Notes under the pieces: model-generated
Seen by the model: only the letters and a program-made list of their open reading frames with translations
Database searches by the model: none
What the model was told of the DNA's origin: nothing
Position numbers and translations under genes: made by a program
Assembly: GCA_944377165.1 (NCBI GenBank)
Contig: CALWEJ010000002.1
Span: forward strand, 69,764 to 133,763
DNA: 64,000 nt
Direction: 5' to 3'
DNA from: an uncultured Clostridia bacterium
Lineage (GTDB): Bacteria; Bacillota; Clostridia; Christensenellales; UBA1242
Shown: positions 48,401-56,222 of the stretch, piece by piece
Position numbering within the stretch: the stretch's first letter is position 1
Layout: the number at the start of each line of letters is the position of its first letter

Positions 48401-51400
48401 CTTCCGTTTCATTGAATTATAACAGCCTTATCCTTTACCCTAATGACGAAACAACTTTGTCAGCATATATCTCAACAGACGTTGAACTAGACGAAACAGA
48501 CTTTAGGGATATGCTAAATTTGACTTTCGATAATGTTGTAGTTAATACTGGGGATTATGATAAATATATTGACATTTTATCTTTAGGCAGTTTAAATGAA
48601 AACACAAATCAACAGATAGTGACATTCTCTGTTAAATTTAACAAGGACGATAGTATTAGCGAAACAATCACACACTCTCTTGATTTAAGTATAGACATTG
48701 AAAACGGCAATAGTGCTAAAGTGGAATTCACTTTAATACCACAACGAATAAATACTCTTGATGTTAAGAATTATCTTGTAAATGAAAAGGGCGAATTAAC
48801 TGCTAGTGATATTATTAAATCAGGTAGTGACGAAGAGCCTAATACTTACGGAATAATAATCATAAATGTTGCACCTATTAACGCATACTATGATTACTTA
48901 GAAATTAGTGACATCACAGGTAGAGAACTAATCGTGTTTACGCAGGTAGATGCGGAGCATAATAGAGTTGGTGTTGATATTCCTTCACGTGACGGAAATG
49001 GAATAATTTTAAATAAAATGTCGGACAAAACAATATATGTTAAAACATTGATTAGTAGAAATTATTCTTCAATAATGCACACTATTCAAGTAAAAGCATA
49101 TGTGTTTAATGATGGTGCTAACGATACAAATAAGTTAGACGATATTTGTGTTTCTCCAAGTACGATAAATGTGACCGCTCGTATGATGCCTAACATAACG
49201 ATGAATTATATTAGGCCAGACGGCAGTATAGAGAGAGAACAAACTACAAAGCATTTAGCAATAGGTACAGTAAACGATTTCTTAATATACGCAACAAACG
49301 CAGATAGCGCTATACCGACATTTAGTTATTCGTTGTCAAAGGCTGGGGCAGTTGACTTAGATTTCAACGACTATTTCATAGAATTATCTTCTAATACTAA
49401 TTTCTATCAATTAACTCCACGTCAAAATGCTAATTTTAGAGATCTATTAGGTTATACTCTTACAATTACAGCAACAGCAACGGCTACTAACGAAAACGGC
49501 GATTTCGATACAACAAGCAAGAGTTTAAGCTTTACATTCGTAAATTTTGTAGTACATAATGTTAGCATTTCACACTCAGTAAATAATGGCTCAACTCTTT
49601 ACGGAAATTATGGTGTAGATATTGATTTCTACTTCTATTTTGACAGTAATGATATTAGTTTCTACGGCAACGACGGAAATAATATTTATTATGACTCTAC
49701 TATAACTAGCAAAGAGCAAGGAACAATTTACTATATAAATGAAATACTTAAGAATTTAAATTCAAGTTTAAGTTTATTTAATTTTAATGAATTTATATCA
49801 GAAAATGAAGACAGTACTATTGAAATAGATACGACTAATTCAATTTTGACGTTAAAAAATAATGGTATAGAAGTTTTAACTATCAAGAATAATAGATATA
49901 CTTATACAATTAATGTCACAGGCAACGAAGAAATTGATAGTATGAACATTATTTTCTTCTTAGATGTGAATGAATTTAACTGGAGTTTTGCTAGTGAAGA
50001 TGCAGAAAAACAATCAAATAATACCCAATTAAAGTATGATTTAGAGTATGGTTTAAGTTTTACTAATGCGCTCACTAATCACGAAACAAATTTGATTGTG
50101 ACGGCAGAAGAATTCTTAAATATGGAGTCTGGTACAGGTTATACTTTAGGACAAGATATAACATTAGAAAATTATACTCCGCTTGACTTGAATTTAACCT
50201 ACTTTGACGGAAACGGACATACGATTACTATTAAGAATTTCTCTACATTCGCAGACGCAAATATTATGGCTGGATTATTCGAACAAGTATATGAAGGTAT
50301 GCGCGTAGAGAATCTTGAAGTGCATTATAGCGAAGGGGATAAAACAGGATTTGGAACATACAAGCGTACTTCGACGAGCTTTGATGTCACATATTACGAT
50401 ATAACAAAGAACTCTGAAGTTGATTATGAATCTGTTATATTCGGCGGAATTACTCCTTCAAATTCAGGTATTATTACGAATTGTAAAGTAAGCGGTATAA
50501 TGGCTCTTACTGCGCCTACAGTCGAAGCTAAGGTGAGCGGATTAAATGTCGCTTTCTATATCGGTGGACTTGTTGGCAACAACAATTCTACTGGCTATAT
50601 TACAAATTCGGTTAGCGAATTGCAGATTTTCGCTAAGGCGAATATTGGGGGCTTTGTTTACTCGAATGCGGGTAAGATTGTATCTAGCGCTTTCGATGCA
50701 AATACTACAACTACAGTAGCTGGTACGATTTCACAAAATAAACACGGATTAATTTATGCATATAATAGAACCAACAGTTATACAAATGTTATACAAGTAT
50801 CCGGTTTTGCAGTGAATAATAGCGGTGAAATATCTATGAGCTATGTGGAATCTGGAGTCACATATGCTACTTTAGGCGCTTCAGCTTCTAACAATAACCC
50901 TATAGGAAATATTTCAGCGAAAGACGTTTCAGCAGGATTTGTATATAGCAACAGCGGTCTAGTTTATGATTCATACGTCCTAATGGAACAAGTTGGAGAT
51001 AATAGTAATAACATATTTTCAGGTTTTGTAAACTCTAATTCGGCTAGCATTGAAAATTGTTATACAATGATTAATAATGGTAATAAGTCAAGTGCGATTA
51101 TTAATATGTTTGCGCCTTACGGAACTACAGGAATAACTAATAGTTATGAGATAAAAATACCGGTCGTTGGTTATACTAACGGAATTGAGGGCTTAAACGA
51201 AATAGAATTTAATAACCGATTTGATGTTAATCAATACAAAACGTTTACTTTCGGCGATAATACAAGCGCAGTTTGGACGATTAGCGGAACTAATACTCCA
51301 AAACTCGTTTCGACTATTGAAAAAGTAGAGTTTAATGGCACTGAAAAACCAGACGGCAATTTAGTTAATATCGACGGAGTAGATTATTACAAGAACTATT

Positions 51401-53448
51401 ACGGATTAAGGAAAATCACGCGTGAAGATAACCCTATCTACGACGAAAATGGAAATGTAGTAGGTTATAACTATAAGTGGATTGTAAGTGATAATGGCTA
51501 TGGCGAGAGCTCTAACCCTATTCTAATTTACGATTTAAATTCGTTTGAAACGTATTTCATACAGTCTAATATGGGTGCATATTTTAGATTTGTTTCAGAC
51601 ATTGACTTTAGCTCTAAGAGCGCTAATCCTACAACTAGCAATTTGACTTTCTCAGGGAATATTCAAGGTAATAATATGCGAATAGACGGCCTTATGATTT
51701 ATTCATTAGAAAGTCTTGAATCTATTGGTCTATTTGGGAAAATCGAGAGTGCGGATAGTTCGGCATATAACTCAATTAGAAATCTAAAAGTTAATGCTTC
51801 TTCTATTTTAGCTAGTAGAACGCAGTCGGTAGGTGTTTTGGCAGGTATTATTCAAGATTATCGCTTGTACAATATTGAATTAAGTGCAGACGATGTTATT
51901 GTTGGTTCAAATGCGGTCGGCGGTTTAGCAGGTATCGTTAGAGGTAGATTTGATATTCAAAATATTTCAAGCTCGGTAAGTGTAAATAGTGTACGTGCTT
52001 CAACTCAATATCAATATTCGATTTATGAGTCAATTAATAATCGTTCAGAAATATCTTCTAACCTTGATACAATTTATTACGCAGGAAGTATTGCAGGAAT
52101 TTTGGACGGATATGATAGTAGCAATTATGATATCACGAAAGCAAGAGATTTAATTGAAGCTAATTATTTCGTTGCGGACGACTTGTACGTTAGCGGAAAT
52201 ATTACAGCAATTGGTGACACAGTAGGTGCTATGTTCGGATTGGTTGGCGAGAGAGTAAAAGTTTCTTCTGCTAGTGTAGAACTTTCTGGCGGAATACTAT
52301 ACGGATATCAATATAGCGCTGGACTTGTGGGTGAAAATCGTGGTTGGATTGAATCAGCAACTGTTAGTAGCGAGACATTGAATTTATTTGAATATTCTAA
52401 TAATGTTAATGCCGGGATTGTAGGATTTAACCTTGGTGGAATTATATTAAATAGTAGTGCGGATATAGTTATTACAAAAGATAATACTTCTTCAACTGCA
52501 GGTGGAATTGTCGGTAGAAACCTTAATGGTTATATCAATTCAAGTGCGTTTAGTGGAGAAATCATAAGTTTCTATGCTGGTGGTATAATGGGTGCTGATT
52601 ATACTTACGAGACGTTCATTAATCGTACTAGCGGTTCGGGAGCTATTGATAGAAATAATCTAAATGTATTGTTGGAAAATAAAGTTGAATATACATCTAA
52701 TGGCATAGAGCTTAATCAATTCAGCGACTTGTCTATTTCAAAGGATAGCCTTGAATATTGGTTAGATAATACACGCGAGTTCTATTCATATCAAGTCAAT
52801 CAAACAGATTTTGATTCTGCTATAAATTATAGTAAAGTCTTAGGTCTATTCGTTGGCTTAAGAACTAACGGAATAGATTATTCAGGCTTAACTTATGGAC
52901 TTTCCGATAATGGATTTATAATTTATCCTACTGATTCAAACATTACTAATTCGGAAGTCGGATTAGTGCAAAATGCAAACTTGATAGGAAATGTACAATA
53001 TGACCTTCCTTATGCTAACATTTTCACGTCAATTACAGTTGATTATACTTACATTACTTACATAGTAGGTTCTAGTGTTAGCGCGTTTGATTCGTGGACT
53101 AGAAATAGTTATGACGATGAAATGATTGTGTTTACAAATTCAACTGATATTAGCTATCCATTCGGAAAAGTTGAAGGATTTTATGCTCGTGGTGATAGGA
53201 ATAATGTCTATTTACGAAATGTTTTAGCTGAGTTAACTTTTGACTATTCATATTTGTTAGATAACTTTATAATAGATGAGGAAAATCCTTTAACTGTTAA
53301 AGTCAATTCAACTGAATTAAGTGAAATAGAAGATAATATAATTAATCTTAAATTTAGTAGTAATGTATGTACTTTAGAGTTCAATGGCACGTCAGCTACT
53401 ACGAACTTAGCATTAAAAATTACAATAAGAATAAGTAAAGTAGATTGA
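42451..53448 (+). CDS. giant (3665 aa) surface lipoprotein with Ig-like N-terminal region and more than 20 GLUG-type beta-helix repeats
   Basis: Signal peptide plus lipobox (VFSAC-G). Repeated motifs include FGGLVGENYG, LGGVIGENE, VGGVIGRNLG, YIGGLVGNNNS, AVGGLAGIVRG and YSAGLVGENRG. Acidic low-complexity insert near 45190-45340. Confidence 0.8.
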   Translation: MRKFRGVVLIVIAFISCFVFSACGKDYSSLKMSFYSSDGESISNINLILDENNTATIGVKFEGIETDDIGSISARTEPANLADTPIGNLEGNTYFITISANMVSSDNARLIVHHDSSGKEASIPLSISKRSTNNGISLINENYFLPIKGEEYTAIIDPYDIISIDGSEDVYFALSDNSNMGALTSITESINGEELITGFTVPNTIQTGFKVDLIPVLVLNQDTNRHLTDYTFSLNFVRQFNESEIVIDTDQLHEPYINNEPIVLIAGDTDSNLSPDGESYNYNNVHVELKLMADELIDLTNVDGVNFYNYYTVKATYDDSLPLRVEYSANKVIFTATDYFADETDVKLELIPKGSGQVESIVKSFKIKCAVKPNNIEIAMQDEIIDTDSTLSLFDYYPNSLGAKFDFSVMPEIAYSDLSNIRLQVTPQLLNIRVNFGNDNVNVIYTDDSFTTLNTNTSVTHNDGTVTQFGDNMYLLQFYKGSTPLKFYYDAGLNKFVSEEITENDVVFVKYVETDSIVDRFGTLMFDVCNYYSGDLDYLQNIKTLSKTLTFNRRDGVSDLTINAGYISIDGNHDQTFYQNAEGSIEVKQLYLDRNQGIDNPNATTYFIYVKDVLGEQGNNLTSATFDVKVVGGGDNPLKVKQYAVNDGNAKDIVGQTEIKFNYTSELIYNDILLVFDSNTDIGDYEIYIYFPNYDGGENGFVKIDCKVYQSLTEKDIEYVIEQNDTAFKNFLGFNFDGTKQYLFDEYQSDYIVASGQELNFAIDLDEVYEVESYLFTADYTGGGNYTANEFISIKNNGANDSTAKLSFVKGSFVDGIQYVTLHSFITVENYSNIVTIDGTNTIELALTFFIYEPISLEDINTNITIDGQTLKASSETRYMNECLGAYYKNLSVAELSIALSDESLWNYVLKTNSNESTDDNNEDVNTEIPTENPTETSGDNTSENENAEGDTGSSENNNQNPIYVTWSSETDSDLVEILSQDYNSIELKFNNNSSYTAYSVVIYATFVQFNQKPFTLIFTINVEVPVLTEHVQILSELEEIVEGSTDYSLNLKAGEVYTLTAKNIAGNREVTSPEVYMVVVDRFGNVSTNNVTVDNENLTLTVNDNLLGGNDLKLIVFAKDALSENLEHFASGYNDPKTFILNGWDATTEGSFYEAYIVIDLILSNGTISHPYMIYNADDFWEINYSDAMKSANYKLVANINLNNTTYLGPRVIDGFSGSISTYVDDKGTEYMYTISGLTLDENNRNLFTNFLGSISNINFNVLYNYNLSLSKESEKLGIFATNEGSIINTTVTFTTNSSANLVGSDSTINFGGLVGENYGEIKYTSNIIIGASGSITLTGNANVNFGGLVGLNSATISGYSGEESALNANSTDTTTDSNNKNIIFGIFIGNDGAIANVNIISNMTNNNSSLGGVIGENEIDASISNAFVTGNIDATHNNVGGVIGRNLGVKHSVLVALDGTTNNIIDLTVQDNNVNYSVYKVTSIVKIASTGDNIGGVTGIDTNGIYSEVKYQIMSDSARSIVGGNNVAGIIGNATNSYLEYSSVYSYRWDYASCSAIEGEEDISGYNYVSGLIGIANDGVTNVSSGAKYAVSSVNKSNVNAYISGEGNTSGIISVNISSSVRSPLIIYSSFIGKLTGANTQNRLVVSNIDNTSLLSNQVFSVNGIFENSDTFNWTIKNPSELNSDIWGYNAGINGGYIYVMKDGEPIFDRVPSDITATPSDNVNSFEDNVIYLEYYNFMNDEDSSITIRENTYSILDILNFTISPSDLDNVRINVASSNSNVVMISNSNILVRGIGQATITFSAQLNEDINTSVTIYVGLPLGNIFNISRSSVDSSLSINNTDLRIAKDNGEQFYIISSGEEDYLGNTYSYETNKNVNLHIEASTPASYNIDGSSEDGHTNINYYLNISGVNLTYKEEKDTYDIWEVDLSYDTLFSIFVLNKLEGGKFAFSVTPYIMVAEQYRLTFDKNVVVFDLYTRSGPTSVSLNYNSLILYPNDETTLSAYISTDVELDETDFRDMLNLTFDNVVVNTGDYDKYIDILSLGSLNENTNQQIVTFSVKFNKDDSISETITHSLDLSIDIENGNSAKVEFTLIPQRINTLDVKNYLVNEKGELTASDIIKSGSDEEPNTYGIIIINVAPINAYYDYLEISDITGRELIVFTQVDAEHNRVGVDIPSRDGNGIILNKMSDKTIYVKTLISRNYSSIMHTIQVKAYVFNDGANDTNKLDDICVSPSTINVTARMMPNITMNYIRPDGSIEREQTTKHLAIGTVNDFLIYATNADSAIPTFSYSLSKAGAVDLDFNDYFIELSSNTNFYQLTPRQNANFRDLLGYTLTITATATATNENGDFDTTSKSLSFTFVNFVVHNVSISHSVNNGSTLYGNYGVDIDFYFYFDSNDISFYGNDGNNIYYDSTITSKEQGTIYYINEILKNLNSSLSLFNFNEFISENEDSTIEIDTTNSILTLKNNGIEVLTIKNNRYTYTINVTGNEEIDSMNIIFFLDVNEFNWSFASEDAEKQSNNTQLKYDLEYGLSFTNALTNHETNLIVTAEEFLNMESGTGYTLGQDITLENYTPLDLNLTYFDGNGHTITIKNFSTFADANIMAGLFEQVYEGMRVENLEVHYSEGDKTGFGTYKRTSTSFDVTYYDITKNSEVDYESVIFGGITPSNSGIITNCKVSGIMALTAPTVEAKVSGLNVAFYIGGLVGNNNSTGYITNSVSELQIFAKANIGGFVYSNAGKIVSSAFDANTTTTVAGTISQNKHGLIYAYNRTNSYTNVIQVSGFAVNNSGEISMSYVESGVTYATLGASASNNNPIGNISAKDVSAGFVYSNSGLVYDSYVLMEQVGDNSNNIFSGFVNSNSASIENCYTMINNGNKSSAIINMFAPYGTTGITNSYEIKIPVVGYTNGIEGLNEIEFNNRFDVNQYKTFTFGDNTSAVWTISGTNTPKLVSTIEKVEFNGTEKPDGNLVNIDGVDYYKNYYGLRKITREDNPIYDENGNVVGYNYKWIVSDNGYGESSNPILIYDLNSFETYFIQSNMGAYFRFVSDIDFSSKSANPTTSNLTFSGNIQGNNMRIDGLMIYSLESLESIGLFGKIESADSSAYNSIRNLKVNASSILASRTQSVGVLAGIIQDYRLYNIELSADDVIVGSNAVGGLAGIVRGRFDIQNISSSVSVNSVRASTQYQYSIYESINNRSEISSNLDTIYYAGSIAGILDGYDSSNYDITKARDLIEANYFVADDLYVSGNITAIGDTVGAMFGLVGERVKVSSASVELSGGILYGYQYSAGLVGENRGWIESATVSSETLNLFEYSNNVNAGIVGFNLGGIILNSSADIVITKDNTSSTAGGIVGRNLNGYINSSAFSGEIISFYAGGIMGADYTYETFINRTSGSGAIDRNNLNVLLENKVEYTSNGIELNQFSDLSISKDSLEYWLDNTREFYSYQVNQTDFDSAINYSKVLGLFVGLRTNGIDYSGLTYGLSDNGFIIYPTDSNITNSEVGLVQNANLIGNVQYDLPYANIFTSITVDYTYITYIVGSSVSAFDSWTRNSYDDEMIVFTNSTDISYPFGKVEGFYARGDRNNVYLRNVLAELTFDYSYLLDNFIIDEENPLTVKVNSTELSEIEDNIINLKFSSNVCTLEFNGTSATTNLALKITIRISKVD

Positions 53449-53479
53449 CAAAATTACAAAAATCATTAAAATAATCAAT

Positions 53480-54049
53480 ATGAAAATTGATTATAATAAG
53501 TTAATGTATGAAGAAATAAGCAGTTTTGGTGATAAACCAAGACTGCTTTTGCATTGTTGTTGCGCGCCTTGTTCAAGTGCGGTTATAGAAAAAATTGCTA
53601 AATATTTTTCTATTACATACCTTTATTTTAACCCTAATATTTATCCTGAAGACGAGTATTATCGAAGGAAGGACGAGTTTTCAAAATTAGGTGTTAATGT
53701 AGTAGATATAGGCTATGACCATAACGAATTTGTCCAACTTGTAAAAGGTCACGAATTAGATAAAGAGGGCGGAGATAGATGTAGAATTTGTATTGCATAT
53801 AGACTAGATAAAGCTTTTTCTTTTGCGCTAGAGAATGGTTTTGAAATAGTGACAACCACTTTGTCTATCAGTCCACATAAAGATGCACAATTTATTAATA
53901 TGCTAGGCGAAAATCTAGAGAAAAAGTATGGTATTAAATATCTTCACGCAGACTTTAAAAAAGAAAACGGCTATTTGCGTAGCACAGAGATTTCAAAAGA
54001 AAAAGGAATTTATAGACAAAATTATTGTGGTTGTGAGTTCGCAAAGTAA
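53480..54049 (+). CDS. queH: epoxyqueuosine reductase QueH (DUF208)
   Basis: LLHCCCAPCSS, GGDRCRICI and the C-terminal YCGCEF. 189 aa. Confidence 0.8.
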   Translation: MKIDYNKLMYEEISSFGDKPRLLLHCCCAPCSSAVIEKIAKYFSITYLYFNPNIYPEDEYYRRKDEFSKLGVNVVDIGYDHNEFVQLVKGHELDKEGGDRCRICIAYRLDKAFSFALENGFEIVTTTLSISPHKDAQFINMLGENLEKKYGIKYLHADFKKENGYLRSTEISKEKGIYRQNYCGCEFAK

Positions 54050-54050
54050 A

Positions 54051-54075
54051 AAGGCAAGATACTTGCCTTTTTTTC
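54051..54075 (+). terminator. rho-independent terminator after queH
   Basis: AAGGCAAG (54051-54058) / CTTGCCTT (54062-54069) followed by TTTTTT. Confidence 0.8.
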
Positions 54076-54106
54076 ACAAAAAAATTAATTTATCATAGAT
54101 AAATAT

Positions 54107-55120
54107 ATGTTTAATACTTTTATTGTTGATACGAAGCGACTTATTAAGAATATAAAATATGTAAGATTAACTAATCCTAAATCTATGATTTGCGCTATGG
54201 TAAAAGCAAATGCTTACGGAGTTGGACTTAGCAGTGTAGTAAAAACTATTGATAATTATGTAGATTATTACGGGGTAGTATGTGATAAAGAGGCACGTGA
54301 GACATATAGACTTACTAAGAAACCTATTTTAATAGTCGGCGCGTTGTCTAATAAAATTGATACTAGATTTATTTATACTTGCCACGACCTAGCAGATATA
54401 AAACGGCTAATCGAATTAAAAAAAGATATAAGAATTGACCTAAAAATTAATTCCGGTATGAACCGCTTCGGCTTTAAATCTAAAAATGAATTTATTAATG
54501 CGTTAAAATTAATTAAATATAGCAATCTACATTTACACGGAATTTTCACACATTTTGCAACGGCGGACGAGTATATTCATACGCAAATGCAAGTTTTTGA
54601 CCAATTTGTGCAGTTGGCTAAAAAAATGGGTTTTAATCCGATTGTGCACGCAGATAATAGTATTGTTAGCGAGATAGAAAATCATAATCTTGATATGGTG
54701 AGAGTTGGATTTAGCCTATATGATAAAACTAGCGAACATTTTTTGCCTGTAGTTTCTATTAAAACAAAAATTGTCCAAATCAATAATGTTGGTAAGGGTG
54801 AATTAGTAGGGTATAACCGCATATTTGTTGCACCTAAAAAAATGAAAGTCGCGATTATACCTATAGGATATGCGGACGGATTTGACTTGTCTTACGTAGG
54901 GTTAAATTTGAATATTCGTGGCAAAGATTGTAAAGTTTTAAATATTTGTATGGATTGCTTTATGTTAGATATAAGCGGACTTAGATTAAAAAAGGGCGAT
55001 AGTATTTTTATTCTTGATACTAATAACCCTTTAAGTAAATATTCAAATTATAACAATTCTAGCGAGTATGAAGTAATGACTAAGTTTTCAAAAATCCGCG
55101 CTAACCGACGCAAAATCTAA
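54107..55120 (+). CDS. alr: alanine racemase
   Basis: PLP-lysine motif AMVKANAYGVG. 337 aa with a C-terminal beta domain (PIGYADGF). Confidence 0.85.
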   Translation: MFNTFIVDTKRLIKNIKYVRLTNPKSMICAMVKANAYGVGLSSVVKTIDNYVDYYGVVCDKEARETYRLTKKPILIVGALSNKIDTRFIYTCHDLADIKRLIELKKDIRIDLKINSGMNRFGFKSKNEFINALKLIKYSNLHLHGIFTHFATADEYIHTQMQVFDQFVQLAKKMGFNPIVHADNSIVSEIENHNLDMVRVGFSLYDKTSEHFLPVVSIKTKIVQINNVGKGELVGYNRIFVAPKKMKVAIIPIGYADGFDLSYVGLNLNIRGKDCKVLNICMDCFMLDISGLRLKKGDSIFILDTNNPLSKYSNYNNSSEYEVMTKFSKIRANRRKI

Positions 55121-55846
55121 TTATTTATCTCCGCCACGTACCATAAAGATGAATAGGACTAATCTAAGCAAAGAGAGTATGGAAGTGACAAGCGCCGCAA
55201 CATACGTCCACGCCGCTGCCGAAAGTACTTTTTTTACTCCCTTCGCCTCTTCTAAATCCATTTCCCCTGTAGAGATTAACATTTTATATGCTCGTTTGCT
55301 AGCATTAATTTCAATAGGCAAAGTGATTAAACAAAATATTATATTTAATGCGTATATGCATATTCCTGCGATGAGTAGCCAATCAGCAGAAGTGGAATAA
55401 TATGTCATCTCTAATATTAATCCAATAATAATTAAAGGCCAGACGAAATAACCCAGAATATTAATTGTTGGGACAAGCACGTTTCTGAGTTTGATTAACC
55501 CGTACCCTTGTTTATGCTGAAATACGTGACCTATTTCGTGCGCCGTGACGCCTATCGCAGCGATAGATGATTCGTTATATACCGACTCAGATAAAGAAAC
55601 AGTGTTTGTCTTTGGATTAAAATTATCAGTGAGTTGTCCACTAATTGGTTGAATATTCGTGTCTAAGCAACCACCACCATCTAGCATAAAGCGAGCAACT
55701 TCTTTCGCTGTTTTTCCGTGTTTAGTTTCAATTTTATTATATTCATTAAAAGTCGAATAAACTTTTGTTTGTGCCCAAATTCCTAGCAATATTCCCGGTA
55801 TCATAACAATACCTAATATATAATAGATTATATACATTGACCACAT
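55121..55846 (-). CDS. YugP-type membrane zinc metallopeptidase
   Basis: HEIGHVFQH (HExxH) with flanking TM helices. 241 aa. Its stop codon abuts the alr stop. Confidence 0.75.
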   Translation of the reverse strand: MWSMYIIYYILGIVMIPGILLGIWAQTKVYSTFNEYNKIETKHGKTAKEVARFMLDGGGCLDTNIQPISGQLTDNFNPKTNTVSLSESVYNESSIAAIGVTAHEIGHVFQHKQGYGLIKLRNVLVPTINILGYFVWPLIIIGLILEMTYYSTSADWLLIAGICIYALNIIFCLITLPIEINASKRAYKMLISTGEMDLEEAKGVKKVLSAAAWTYVAALVTSILSLLRLVLFIFMVRGGDK

Positions 55847-56222
55847 AAATACTCCTTTTAATAATTATAATAAAATAATTTATTTTCGTCAATACAGTTT
55901 AATACCATTATTCAATATTAACAGTAAATATGTATATATTTTATTATAATATTATAAAATTATAATTTTTTAATATAAAAATGTATTTTTTATTATATTT
56001 TTATCATATTTTTTAATTATTTTTTTAAAAATAATAAAATTAATGAAAAAAAATAAAAAATAAAATTAAATTATACCATTAAAATTATAAAAAAAATAAT
56101 ATAAAAAATTTTTAAAAAATTATAAAAAATATTTAAAAATTATTAGTAATTAATAATTATTTGTGTTATAATAACATTGTAAATATTTGTCGTATCTAAG
56201 TTTTTAGATAAAAGGGGATTAT

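Noticed and set aside
55118-55123. The alr and YugP-like genes converge with directly abutting stop codons and no terminator hairpin
   Set aside because: This is unusual but consistent with compact genomes. No structure or extra signal is visible, so it is not pursued.
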